A stretch of 64,000 nucleotides of DNA from the NCBI GenBank assembly GCA_964234715.1, contig OZ174275.1. The stretch is one strand, 5' to 3'. Under the pieces are notes generated by a model that was not told the DNA's origin, did not search any database, and was given only the letters and a program-made list of their open reading frames with translations. Source of the stretch: Podarcis melisellensis. Its lineage: Eukaryota. Shown one piece after another: positions 1 through 13,681 of the stretch (the first letter of the stretch is position 1; each line of letters starts with the position of its first letter). Both the position numbers and the translations under genes were made by a program.

Positions 1-100
1 TTCAGAATGGATAGGTCTGATCTTCTTACAGTCCATGGGACTCTCAAGAGTCTCCTCCAGCACCATAATTCAAAAGGATCAATTCTTCGGCTCTCCAGCT
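1..100 (-). mobile_element. BovB (RTE) LINE 3'-region fragment, cut by the window edge
   Basis: Matches the characteristic BovB string gcagtccaagggactctcaagagtcttctccaacaccacagttcaaaagcatcaattcttcggc with few substitutions. Confidence 0.8.
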
Positions 101-1860
101 CTGAGTGTGTAGCAAAGGCCAATGGTAGCAGACAAAGGCCAGTTTAGGGTTTCAACTTTGAATGACATGGGCTGGAGGGAGGTCTTTGGAGTCAGTTAGT
201 AGGGAGAAGGAGGAGAGGCAAAACTCCATTTGAGCTGAGGAAGAGGGGCTGGAAATAATAGACACAGAGGATGGCTTTTTGCTGTCCTTTGAATCCAAGG
301 TACCATTCTAAAATGGAAATAGCTACACATCCCTCTATTGCACGTGTTTTGAGGGTAGATAATCTATCATGTTCTTGAGATATAACACGTCAGAAAATGA
401 AACTTATCAATGATGTTTCATTTTTTTCTAATAGTGTAACAAAGCACTGTGTCATCAACTCAAAGGTTTATTTACAGCAGAATTCCCTATTATCCAAACC
501 TTGGGTATTCAAATCTAGACCTCCTGATTATAGAAATCCACTGTCTCTCCACTGTTACATTAGCATAACATTCTGGAACTGAAATAGAACACAGAAACAG
601 AGTATCCATTTTTATCTCAATTTCTCATTCAGATATACTATACGTCCCTCAAAGCTGCTCAACCGCAAGCAATGTTGATAACATTAGCATAGCTATAGGC
701 TTCTATGATTAAACATCAAATGTTAAATTGGCTACCATTTAATTTTATTCAATATTTGCAACTTTCTTTGATCCCAGATTACATCATTCATATATATGAA
801 GGAATTTCTGGTGAAACACTGCATTTCATAATGGCTATGTGGCAATTCCTCTGTTTCTAAAACAATACTGCATGAGCCTACATTTACATCTCTGTTGTTT
901 TGCACGTGACACATCATACTATTTTAGTCTTCATCTTTAACTTTATTTATTTATTTGTGGTATAGAAAATCTCTAGATTTTTCCAGTAGATAAATTGCTT
1001 TGATGAGCAGACATTAATTAGCTGTGATTATCGATACTAACAACCATGGGGGAATTAAACTTGATCTTCTAACCAATACAACACAGACATTAATTTGGAC
1101 ATGCAGCAACCTGATAATTTGTGTTGTCTTTGACTCTGATACAGAGAACCGTGTGAGCAACAGAAACTGTACATATGCTGTTATGCTTGTGTTTAGAGCG
1201 GGTCAACCGCAAAAACTGATGGTTTTCAAAGTGCCAAGGAGCTATTAGGGAGAATGTGAGCTGGTGAAGGAAGGAGTGATACCCATTTTCTCTCTGGTAC
1301 TGAGCCATTTCTTTTGTTCCCTTAATGGCCCATTACCTAGGCTATCACCTCACCAGGAAGCTAGCCTGGCTATTCCAAGAATTAGAAGGGGGTCCAGGCA
1401 TTAGAAGGGTCTTGGCATACAGCCTATTCCCCCTCCCCCCCCCAAAAAAAGCTCAACACTCAGTATTTCTCCCAATGGAGCAAATGGCTTGGGAGGAAAG
1501 GCAGCACAGGAAACTCTTGCAAGCACGGTAGAAGGAATCAAAACACAGAGCCTTCTATGGCTGCTTTAACGTAAGTAAATTGAGAGACTGATTATAGCTT
1601 TCCCATGGGAATTGTCAGGTCTGTTTTTAGTCAACTATTAAGGCCAAGACTGTGCACAGTGGCTCTCCAGAAAGGAGGAGCAGAATGCAGTTTGTTTGTG
1701 GTGAAGAGGTAATGTTAAGTATTCTACTGTAGGACTAGATTGTGGTTGGCTGTACTGCCATAAATCATCCAAAAGTGAGCAGAACAACAGCGTACTGAAC
1801 TTGGTGGTGAACCTTCACATAACTCCTCCATCACAAACTGCAATCCAGGCCAATAGTGTG

Positions 1861-2549
1861 TGTCATGAACTGGCAGGACAACAGGGAGGAGGAAGAGAAG
1901 AGGATCCCAGTGAGGGGTGAAGCTGGGACTGGGACACACTGGGACAAGGTGGGGATGGGGAAGGGAAGGTTGGTGTAGGAAGTACTCATGGGGTGATTGA
2001 GGATGACAAGGGGGTGAGGGTCAGTGTACAGGAACCAGAGCAGCAGGACCCAGAGCCAGAGCCAGAGGGGGCCCTGTCTCCATGAACATGGCAGGTATAG
2101 GGAGCAGTAGGTGGGGTGCCCCAGGAGGGTGAGGCAGGCAAGGGCCCACAGCCCAGCTCCCTAGCTGGCCTGGTGGGGCTCACTAGCTCTGGGAGGTGAT
2201 GTGTGATTCCTAAGCTAGAGTAGGCTTATAGCAGGTGAGGGTCACATGCCTCATCAAGCCCAGATGCTGCAATCAACATGCAGAGGAGAGCAGAGATGAG
2301 GTGCTGTGTCTGCTCAGCTGACCTTAGTTGAGGGACCTTGAGATGGATGCTCCTGGATCTTCACAGGTCTGTGCTTTGGGTTTGAATCTGGACTATATCC
2401 TGACTGCTAGACTTCAGACTTGGTTACTTGGACTAACCCTGAACCTCATTTACTGATCTTTGCATTTCGCTTGTGTGGATTGACCCTCAGATTTTGAACT
2501 TTGGACATGGCACACTGACTTGCCTCCAGGAGGCCAGGGGTTCAGGACA
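1861..2549. mobile_element. Solo LTR (old; Gypsy/ERV type undetermined), 689 bp
   Basis: TG...CA ends with 10-bp inverted termini TGTCATGAAC / GTTCAGGACA (9/10). 5-bp TSD gtgtg / gtatg. Composition shifts versus the flanks. Confidence 0.65.
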
Positions 2550-5208
2550 GTATGGTTGTCTATCTGTTCAGTGGTTGGCCCTTTTCAGGACAGAAATGCA
2601 CTTCCTAGGACAGAAATGGTTGTTTGTGACAGTAAACCTTTGAACATGTGCTTAATCTCACTTCTCTGAAAACAATTACACATCCTGTGAGGCGTAAGAG
2701 GTCAGGTTTTTGAGGAAGATTCTTGAGGTATAGCTGCTCAGCTGGGGGAAGTAAGGGATTCTTGGGTAAAGCATCATATGTAAACAAATCCAAAGTCAGA
2801 ACTTGTATAACTCAATGTACCAGCTACAATACTTTAGAAATTCAGTGGGCTTTGAAAAACAAACACTTTGCTGTGTGGGCTATGAAGAAATCACAAAAAT
2901 ACAAATGGGAAATGCATTTACATTTGTCAAGCTTGAGCAATTCAAGGAGAGCCATTTAATTTGACCAGCTTTTTACATAACATTGTTCAAAATGTTTTAC
3001 AGTGAGTCTATTATAATCAAAAAGTTTTGACTTCCAAACTACGTGAAGTTCACAAAACTCAGGTGAAGTGAAAACACCAGAATTTGAAGGACACGTGGAA
3101 GGCCATTACTGAAAGGTACTAACTTTTCTAGTCATAAATTAGTTTTCTGAACCCACAAGCAGTTTGTCAGATGAGACAGTAGATTGTTTTATAATGGGAG
3201 TCTGGCATGTTCCTGGCTTACTGATATCACAAATGTGTATGTTTTATGTAGGGTTTAGTTTATCAACAGATGTTGAGAGTGAGGGCAAGGGGAGGGCAAG
3301 GGCTGTATGTATGTGAAAACGTGAAACGGGTTTGTTGGAGTCACTCAACCATTCATCCAACAGCTCCCAGGAAGAAGGCTGACAAATTTCTGATATCAAA
3401 AACAGCTGTCACAACACAGGGTAATAACTGTCCTTGTCAAATCCACCAATTAAATCACCAGACTGTCAATGTGTTCATAATTGATAGATACAACAATCTG
3501 AGTTATAAACCACCAAGGATTGCTAAGACCGGTTCACTTCCTAAACAATTTCAGAAGCTTAACCTTAGCTCTGCATTGCTAGAAGAGAAACTGTAAAGGG
3601 GTGCAGAGGATGAATGTGTGTGTGTTAATTTCTCTCTGTTTTTCTATCTCATATGTAACACACAAGGACATAATTCAGTATTATCAACTCTTCCTTCTTC
3701 CAAAGGTCCGGGGGGCAGGGGCAGGAATCAGACTGGAAACAGGCTATTTCAGGAGGCCAGGTAGAAACAGCACCTCCCCTGCACACTTCAAATTTTAAAC
3801 TACATGCATTTACTCATCAGCAGCACCTTTATTTTGTGTTCTATACAGTGACTTGGGGGCTGAGCTTTTTTCAGCCCAAGGGCAACATTCCTTTCCATAC
3901 AATCTTCTAAGGGCCACATGTCAGCATGTGGATTTAGTCAGAGGTGTAAAGGGGCAGAGCAACTAATGAAAATGTCAGTTTTCTGTGGGGTAGTTAATAG
4001 TTTAATAAAGAATAAAAAGGAAGAAATACCTGGATCCCTAGATCCAGAAATGGGGCAAGCATTCTCCAGTAAGAGAGCCCCAGCAGATATTTGAAATCAC
4101 AAAACATGCATCAAAGTGTGGAAAAACGTCTATTAGATCTTTAAATACCGCTTTCTAAGTCACCTTCCCCATTCTTCCTCTTCAGCATAGCTGATAACAG
4201 TTTTGTAAGGTAAAAAAACGATTTTACTTACAAACTCTTCAAAGGTCAGATTCATGTGCTTTTCCATATAGCAGTCAGAAAAACTTACGGTAGTTACAAA
4301 ATGTGGTTAAAATGTTCTTAAAGTATTGGTCTAGAAACACAAAAATGGCTAGTATGTCATACAACCAGGTGAGATCTGTATTACACATGGAGCTCACATG
4401 GTAGACTAAGTGTTTCCAAATTATTTGTACAGAAACGCAAAGATGGTTTTTACTAAAGCCATGTAGCCATCAGGGCATGGAGTGATCAACCCCAACATCC
4501 TTCATGGTGGGAAAAAAGGGAGAGAAGACAAAAAGGAACTAGACTTCCTTCCTTCCAAGGTGAGGGGGCATGGAAAAGCAGTTTATTCTATGGTCTTAAC
4601 CCCTTCATGCATTTAGAGCAAAACATGCTGGTTATGAGGCTTAATTATCCCACACTTGTGACAGTAGGGTAATCAGACACATGCCAGACACTCCTTTCTG
4701 TTCTCCATCCAGATAAGTAAGAGACAATTTAAGGGTTCAAGAACAAATTCCAGCCAGGCAAAAACATTACTGAAAGGGCAAACAGGACCAGTGAGGGGTC
4801 TAGCCTGTGGAGTTGGGGTGTGGCCTTGGGAGAGGACCACATACAGAGGCCTAGATGACCACATTTAGCTCCTGGGCCTGAGATTTACCACCTCTAAACT
4901 TTAGTCAACCAAAATATAAATGGGTGGCCCCAGGCTCTTGCACCATCCACCATCCTATTCATTCATTAGAACATGTATGGAGAGTGCTGATGCATATCCA
5001 TATGCATGACGGGGGTGCTCTTTGTGGACAAGTAAATATAAATCATTTGTCCATCCCCTGCCCCCCGAAGATGATTAAGTTGGCTGACAACAGTGTTGTA
5101 GTTACTTGAAGGTATAGAAAACCACAAATGCTATTGAAATTCGCTGGTTGCGGCGGCGGGGACGGTGGCAAATTTATCTTGGTTTATCAAGATTTAATGA
5201 GCGTTTCA

Positions 5209-5468
5209 TTAAATCTTGCTGTGCTTGTCACCCTCCTTCTGAATTCTTTTCCTCTCCGCCAAGAGAAATCCAAAATGATAGACAAGGTTGATCATCCTAA
5301 AATTAGAGCTACGGTATGCATGAATTGCAATCACTTTTGCCTCCTCTAAATTGTGAATAGGCTGTGACAGGGCAAGAACAAGGTTAGGAGCTCCTAACCA
5401 TAAATAAAACGCAGACAGCCTTTGAGGAGGCCACGGCTCACTGCAGATTTTAGTGCAAGTTGTCCGTT
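5209..5468 (-). CDS. Candidate distal alternative last exon of MPPED2 (86 aa, ERTTCTKICSEPWPP...GDKHSKI*)
   Basis: Branch-point-like ctcAt, pyrimidine tract and AG (gctcattcttttctcggccttcccattgtacttAG). The phase-1 join to the 34501 donor is in frame with an open frame to TAA at 5211-5209. No transcript evidence. Confidence 0.3.
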
Positions 5469-6670
5469 CTAAGTACAATGGGAAGGCCGAGAAAAGAATG
5501 AGCACTCTTCTTAGAGGATGATGGAGAAAACAGAGGTCCCCCCATGGAAGTGCACAATGTTTTCAGAGGAGGAATGTTTAGTGCTTTTGAGGAGCTTTGT
5601 CTTTTCATGCCATCTGGGTGGGCAGAGCAATTGTGCAGATAGATGGGTTAGTATAATATTCAAGGCAGTGCTAAGACAAACATCCTGTCAGTGCCATGAT
5701 TTCTCCTTGTATGAAGGAATTTTCTCTCCTTCTCCTCTCCATGCCCCCTCCCTCCAAATCTCTTCTGTGTTTCCCTCCATAGCACATGGGGAGATGGCAT
5801 GGGTGGAAATCCCCTTACCCGTGTGAAATAAACACATATTTCCTTTTGTTTTCCTTTTATTTCCACTCACTTTTCTGCTCTTCACAAGATTTAATGTTAC
5901 AAGGCGGTTCGCAACACATCAGAATACAAAAATATTCTAAAGCAACCAAGAGTTTTGCAGCACCTTAAAGGCCAACAAGTTTATTATGCTATAGGTTTTC
6001 ATGAACTAGAGTCTGCTTCAAAACAAATAATAGCAAAACTGTTGTGGATTCTTTTTTTAAAAAAAAATCTTCCTTTAAAAAAACAAACAAACTTTGTTTT
6101 TAGCTGTGAGTTATTTCTGTGATGCCAGAGTCATAAAACAAGGTTATTTTTGCCTGCATACCCTTGTAGTACATTCCTAAACACAGGGAAAATGATATAT
6201 GGTACAAAACAAAGCAGGGTGATTAGCTTGTAAAGTATTGTTAGAATGTAATTCTATGTCATAAATTAATGAAAATGTAAGACGCCTTCACTGTTTGACT
6301 CGTGCTTTAAGCGTATTAACCTGTTAATCTGCCATTGTTAATCTAAGGAGTAAACTGAACTTTTGTCCACTTAAATCAGGAGAACAAAATATCTGGCTCA
6401 GATAAGAATGATACTGCGCCTAGAAATTAAAGGAAGGGGCTTTAATTATGACTTAAAGTGAAAAGTCTTGTTTTGAAGTTGAATGCTGGAAATATATTAT
6501 TCCAGTATCAGGGAATCTTTTGACAAGACTAAAGACTCGGTTAACTGTCATATATGAGACCATCCGGAATTATGTAAATATAAATGGATTTCATCCAATA
6601 AGTTAAGATCTCTCACCAAACCCTCTTTGACTCCTGGGTCAGAAAAGCTCCTTACTATTACACTATAGAG

Positions 6671-6808
6671 CAGGCATCCTCAAACTCGGCCCTCCAGATG
6701 TTTTGGGACTACAACTCCCATGATCCCTAGCTAACAGGAGCAGTGGTCAGGGATGATGGGAATTGTAGTCCCAAAAAACATCTGGAGGGCTGAGTTTGCC
6801 TATGCCTG
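6671..6808. mobile_element. Palindromic hAT-type MITE (CAGGCAT...ATGCCTG)
   Basis: Long internal inverted repeats (ttttgggactacaactcccat / atgggaattgtagtcccaaaa). Degenerate 8-bp TSD ctatagag / ctatacat. Near-identical to the copy at 9783. Confidence 0.85.
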
Positions 6809-7635
6809 CTATACATCCTTCTGTTCTTGCTAGGTCATTTTGGGTAAGACTTTTTAAAAGAAAAGCAAGAATCTTAGGAAAGCTTTTGAAATGTTGTTGT
6901 GTTTCTTAAAACACTGTTGTCGCTTTTAGTCTATGTTCTGTCCTATCATATCATATATCTCTATTATGTAAATATTGTTTGTTATTTTGAGATAAATTTG
7001 GTTTTGTGAAGACTTTTTCTGAAGTCTTTTTTCTTTTCTTTTTTGTAAATGTGATACCTGTTAGGACTCAACAGGGAAGGTACATTTCCTTCAGAGGAGA
7101 TACTATATTGCTGCTAACTTTGGTACAGTACTATCTAAATACTGGGGATGTGAGATTCGCCAAGGGAGGTGGAAACTTGACAAAAGATTAATTCAGCTGC
7201 AAACACATAAGACTCAGCAGTAAAATCATGCTCACTCCCAAAACCTTCTGGGCTAATTAAAAAAAAAGTTTTAACTGGGTGCCCCCACAGATTATTGTAG
7301 CTCTCAGCCTCAGTTCAGTGCAGTAGAGGATGGCATGGTGAGCTGGAGGCACTAACTTGAGCTCCCAGCAGGTAAGTCACTGCTGCTTACTGAGAAGGAG
7401 AGGGTAGAGGTGGCAGGGAGGGCAGCACAGTGAAAATGTACTGGCAGGAGCATTGGACTTAGCTCAGCTGGTATATTTGCACCGTGCCAGCCTCACTACT
7501 GCCTCCCCACCCCCCTCAGTGAGCAGCAACCAGTCACATGCTAGGAAGTTAGGTACACGCCTTCACCCCATCCAGGATATTAGTACAAACATATTGTATA
7601 GTGAACTTTGCAATATGTACAGAGTTATACAGTAC

Positions 7636-7762
7636 AGTGTAATGGTTTGAGGGTTGGACTGTGACCGGAGAGATTAGGGTTTGAATCCCTGCACAGCCAT
7701 GAAGCTCGCTGGGTGATCATGGGCCAGTCACTGTCTCTCAGCCTAAACTACCTCACAGGGTG
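7636..7762 (+). mobile_element. tRNA-derived MIR-like squamate SINE fragment
   Basis: A-box-like agtgtaatgg, B-box-like ggtttgaatcc, CORE-like gggccagtcactgtctctcagcct. Confidence 0.65.
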
Positions 7763-9670
7763 AGATCTTTGGATAGAATATTGGTATGTTTCTATTTTTT
7801 CTTAAGAGATCAGTCTGACAGTCCTATCTCAGTTACTGGGTAATTTCATCTGGGAAAATAGAAATGTGAGATAGAAGCTAACCAAACACGATGTGTGACT
7901 AGTCAATATTCTGGTTTGCCTCAGCTGTATGGCCAATAATAGTTGAGTGAAAGCCCTTCAAAGGGGACTTGGTTTAAGATTACTCTGAGGAGAAGAGATC
8001 CATAAATCCAGGCACTGATGAGTGGTTGGCAGTTTTGCTCATCATGGAAATTAAATACTTTCCCCCAAGGTCATACATCGGTGACAAAAGTGGAAGAGGA
8101 CACACACATTGCTAGCAACATCTCTGTTTTTATTTTATTTTATTTTAAGTTGATCTTTCATTAGTTGTTCTAACCTGATCATTAAAGTGGATGCTCCCAA
8201 GCCCGAGGAAGAAGTGGGAAGGTTACAATTTCAGCAGAAATGTGAGAATAATGCATTGTGCTCTGTTGGGTACAGTGGAAGCTGTTGTGGTCCCAGCTGC
8301 AGACTGACAGTAATTTAATAGTCCCAGATGGAGCCTTGGGGATGATTTGATACTCAAGGCTGGCAGCCAAGGCCTGCTTTGGTACATTCCTGCTTTTGCA
8401 CGGTGCTCTTCTACAGAATGGGAAAGGAGTAGGTATAGTACAATAAAGCAACTGATCTATTAGAAGATAAGCTGGGAGGAAAACAACAAAAACACCCAGA
8501 ATCCCCTTAATCTAACCCCATGTTGCCACAGGCAATCACTTTGGCAGTGACAACAGTTATCTGAAGTGCAGAATTGTTTCAGCTCATGGGACACCTGCTA
8601 TATCTGTTCAGTGAAAAGACATGGCTCACCACACTTCAAAAATTGGGCCATTATAAAAAGTTCAATCATATTTGTGCAGCATATGAGTAAATGTGCTTAT
8701 TGCTTTAGATTCATATGTGCCGATGTCGTGGCCAATGAGATCTGTGCAATGAGATCCATACATTGAGTGGGACAGGCTGGGAAAGAAAAATACAGCTGAC
8801 TGTATAATCCCCATGTAAATAACTCCACTTTAGTTACAAACTTTTCATTATGGAATAAACATTTGAAAAAAAAAGGCTTCTGTGACCCTCTTTGCATGCT
8901 GTGTGAACATCACTCTTTCTAGTAATTACGGCCAGCAGATCAATATTCTGAACAGTGTATTTTGCTAATGCTGTTGTTCTCTGGCCATTACCAAAAACCT
9001 GCTATCACCAAAGATAGAATTGTTCAATGGTTATCATGTGTTTTCCATTTTGTACAAGCAACAGACCTTACCCATTGATTTAAAAAAGTACTTTGTAATT
9101 TATTTGTAATGGATTTTGTGAAATGCGGAAGTTAAGTTGGCATCTCCAGCTTGTTATTTATTTATATTTAGTATGGTTCACCCTGTTCCTAGGAGCTGAA
9201 ATAGATGGCATGATTTTGGTATAACCACATGATCACTACAATCCATTGAGCAATATCAATACATATTCCTACTTGATTGATGGAAAACTTTGGCTGAGTG
9301 ACTTTAGGTATGCTAAGCAAGGGTGTTCATGTGCCCAGTGCGATAATTTTAAAACACTGTTAGGAGAGGGTGCACTGGTCTTTTTGCTGACAAACCAGTC
9401 CCATAGGATTGTATTTGTGTATTAGGAAGGAATGGGATGAATCCCATATAACTGACTGCTAGCATGGTTTAGAACAATGATGGTGAATGAAGAAATACGG
9501 ATGGTAGGGAACTGTCAACTTTGTTAAGTGTGTTGATTCCTGTGAATGAGTAGAATTGGGGGGGGGGTGCTATTATTATTATCAGCTACAGTAGCAGTAT
9601 TGCAATGGGTTATGTTGTTTGTCTTTTAATCATATATTGAGTGGTGTGCCATTTGTTGTATCATTCTATG

Positions 9671-10117
9671 CAGTGGTGGCCGGTGTCCATTGGAACTTGT
9701 AGAGCATACGACAGGAGACCAAAATAAGGTAGAGCTAGATGCACCCACAGCCAACAGTAGGCAGAGCCAACTAATTCTAATTCAGGCATAGGCAAACTCG
9801 GCCCTCGAGCTGTTTTGGGACTACAACTCCCATCATCCCTAGCTAACAGGACAAGTGGTCAGGGATGATGGGAATTGTAGTCCCAAAACATCTGGAGGGT
9901 CGAGTTTGCCTATGCCTGTTCTCATTGGTCACCATCTTCCTCCATATTGAGTTCTACAAGGGCAACATTGAGACTGAGCCGGAGGAAGCTCCACCCTCTA
10001 GACCCATTGTAAGCAAGCAAGCAGACAGACAGACAGGCTGCAGCCGGCTGAGGGTAGAGTGTGATTGGTGGGGCTGCTAGGCCCTTGATTGCTTTAATGG
10101 ACCAGGCAGCAGCACTG
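9671..10117. mobile_element. Older hAT-type non-autonomous element hosting a nested MITE
   Basis: Imperfect TIRs cagtggtggccggtgtccatt / aatggaccaggcagcagcactg. 8-bp TSD attctatg / attggatg (6/8). Confidence 0.6.
9783..9918. mobile_element. Palindromic hAT-type MITE, nested
   Basis: TIR caggcataggcaaactcg / cgagtttgcctatgcctg (perfect 18 bp). TSD ttctaatt / ttctcatt. Confidence 0.9.
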
Positions 10118-13100
10118 ATTGGATGACTGAAGATGGCCTTTGGCTAAGAAATACAGATTTGTGCTTGATTATACTTACTTCAAGTAGCAAACTCCTTTGG
10201 TGTCATAAAGCTCACTCCACTGGATGCAAAAACTAGTCTTGAGTTGCAGTTTTGCACAAGACCACCCACTGAAGTAAAATTTGAATTCAGGCTTCCCAGG
10301 TTTAAGAGGCAATTTTCATTTTATGTTTTGGGTATGGATACCTCAAAAGGAATGAGAAACTTCAAAATCCTCTAAATTAGAAATGTCTGGAAGTGCCCTT
10401 AGTTGATCGGCTAAAGTTGATCTATGGTTCTGAGCGTGCTGTTGTAAAGATGATCAAATACCATTTTGTAAGGCTCTTGCAGTCTTAAATATGAACAGAT
10501 GAAGCATCTGAGGTTCTATATCCAATGTTGCCACAGATTTGCCCTGAAGGAAAAGCCAGTATTCCCCCCCCCAAAAAAAAATAAAGCCTGACAACTTGTA
10601 TGACTTCAAATGCTTTGGTACAAAAACAAACAGAGTAAGCAGGAGTAGTTAAATGCTTTTGGCATGTCTCACTTGTAAGATATAAGGTAAGAATTAAGCC
10701 AGAGGGCAGCAATAGGCAAATGCCAAATTCTTGTGGAAAGACATTCTAGGAGCACAGAGAACAAAATAAATGGTATCAGAGATCACAGATGGGAAAAAGT
10801 TGACATCACACAAAACTACCCAGATAAGAATAATTAAGAAACAGGAGGAAACCTGAAACAGGAGCTCACTGCTATCACACTGGAACGTAAGAAGAAAGCC
10901 CCTTTAAAGTCTTATTAATTTTGGCCTGCTTTGCCTCTAGAGATTTGTCATCTGTTCCTACTCATTTCAGAGCTTCTGATTAACCGGTTTCAATTTAAGC
11001 TAGTCTTAGCAGCCGTCCCCCCTCCTTCCCGTACCAGTAAGAGAGCTGCTTGCTTAAGATGATCTCAATCTTTTGAGTAGACCAAAAATAAGTGCCCTTC
11101 CTTAGTTGTGGCAGATTGATTTCGTGTGTGTATTTTTCTGTTTCTCTAGGGAATTGGCTGCAGTAAATCAAATTAAGAACAAGCTAAGCTTTTAATAGGG
11201 CTTCTTCAATACAATGAACTTTGATTCTTTAAAGTTGAAGTTCATGATCATTATTTATCCTGACAGTGTCTTTGCAAGCAATAAAGGGAGGCAATTCTTT
11301 AATGGTACCAATTTTTAGTGGAGAATAAATTGCAGTCTGATGCCTCCTCATACATTCCTAGATGTGAAAGATGCAGGTTGCATGGCGTTACGTGACTGGT
11401 TTATTTTGGGCTCTTTTCAAGTACCTTCTTCCATAATTATTAAGATAATTACCAAAGCATCTAGAATAAAATATCTAAAATTATTATGTACAGACCTGCT
11501 CCAGGATGCTGTCACAGAGATCTGATTAAAGACTGTTGGTTGAAATAGTATAGGGGCAATTATGCATCAGTATCATCTGATTACACAATGTGATGGCTTA
11601 TAGCTGAATGTGAGAACTGTCTCTACTGAAAAAGCACTGTGCCTGATGTGAGATTAATGTTCAAGCTGTGGTCTTTTATATGTGCAACATACAAGCCACT
11701 GCTTAAAGCTGCAGTTAGCAAATGATGAACATGCATGTATGACCCAGCCTTTAGCTGGTTTATGCAGTGCCATAGCAACCCATCCAAGAACTATGCAACT
11801 GTAGGGGGCTTCCACTCCTGCAGTTATTTTGATTGATGCACCCTAAATGTAAGGCAGTTATGGAACACTTGGCACTTGCCATTTATTGCATTCTTAAAGT
11901 GCTTCTGCAGATGTAAAGTAAGCAGAGGAGATGCTATACCATGATTCAATGTTATCCCCTTGATAAAAGAGACTGTCTTTTCTACAGCTATAGGAATGTG
12001 GTGCATTCCCTAGTTAAGGCTTGGGGAATGAACTAGATTCTTTAGAAATTGATAGTACATGTCAGGAGCCACCAAAATTCACAAGGGTGGGTGTGAATTC
12101 ATATCAGGGGGATCAGGGCCAGCTCCTGGTTTCTTGGGGACTCATCCCTCCCTTTCCTCCTCAAGTTACACTCCTCCTTCCTCTTCGCCCCAGCCCTTTA
12201 CAGTAAAATAGACATTGACTGTTACGTCAACCGCTTATTGTCAAAGAAAACTAATCTAAACTTTAGAATTTCATTCAGTGATTGCCTTTTTATTTATTTA
12301 TTTTCTTGAACAATATGGAGGTATAACTTAATTTGCAGTAATATGCAATATTATACCTAGGATTAACTCTCATGGAAGTTAACTTCTGAGTAGACATGTA
12401 ATTTGTTGGAATTATTCACTTCCACAATGGCAGAAGTAATTTCTCTTATATCTAACCCTTTCACCTGGATTTTAAATTGATACACAACTACTCCCCCCGT
12501 TTCCCCCCAGAATTCTGCTCACAAATAAATGAAGGCCAAAGAAAGTTTGAGGATGACAACTCACAGTAGAAGCATCCTGCACACTCATTTGAACAGTGAA
12601 ATGTGTGTGTGACAGTGTCATTTATTTACAAAGCACAAGGATGAAATCTCTTCAGAGCTATAAATAATTAAATTGATAATCAGGCAGACAGTATACAGGC
12701 ACTGGATGAGAGATATACGTAACATTTCATGCAGCAAGATTTTCCTTTAAATGATTATTATCATCCTGGGATGCCAGCAGAAAAACAGAACTCTTCAGTG
12801 GGCAAAACAGCATAAGGAACTTCCCCTTCCTCAATTCCCCTTCATAGAGGAGGAAATAAAATTTTGATAGTTCTCAAGCGAACCAAAACACACCACTTAG
12901 AAGGTAACACTCCACTGTGCAGGTAGAGACATTCCTGGTCTTGGATCATCAAGAAGGGGTAACTTGGAAAGGGAGTCTCTTTAAAGAAGCCTCCATCTTG
13001 CTGTATTCTGATTACTTTAACTGGAGAGTCCTACAACTTCTGGAAACATTCCTGAGATTGCTGAGATGTTCTTTCCATCTCAGAATCAGAGGCTGGGGTG

Positions 13101-13646
13101 GTTTTGCTGCAGTTCTCAGACTTGTTATTGAGTAAATGACTCGGGTTGTCCAGCCACCTAATACCCCAGCCTGCCATTTCTGCTCATCTCTTTTGTCTGG
13201 CCTTGTCTGGCCCACCTTGGCTCCTCAAACACTAACCAGCTTTGTTTTGGTGGAGGGGGGATTTAGTTTGGGAAACCAGGACAGGGTGAAAGTTGCTTTT
13301 GAGAAAATGTGGGACGATCTGATGACAAATCTTCCCTATAATATGTCTCTTAGGGCCCTAAGAGACAACCTTTGTATGGTAGAGCAGCCCTTGGCTCGGC
13401 TAAAATTGAAGGAGCTTGTTCCAATGAAGCAGGAAGTTTGGAGTTTTAGTTCTGAGCACTTAAAAAAAGAAATTAGCCACTGCCTGGAAACCATTAGTGA
13501 TATCTTTTTATCTACATTTCAGTCTGATCCCACTCCCTTTGAAGTTAATAGAAAACTCTTCATTGTCCCACCATTGTCTCCAGTAAGATCAGGGTCATGC
13601 CCCTTAGCTCGTAGTTCCCTAACAGCAGTTCCAAAAGCTTTTGGAG

Positions 13647-13681
<35 letters not shown>

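Noticed and set aside
3850-4896. Possible ends of an old hAT element
   Set aside because: TIR-like ends are too decayed and no TSD is discernible.
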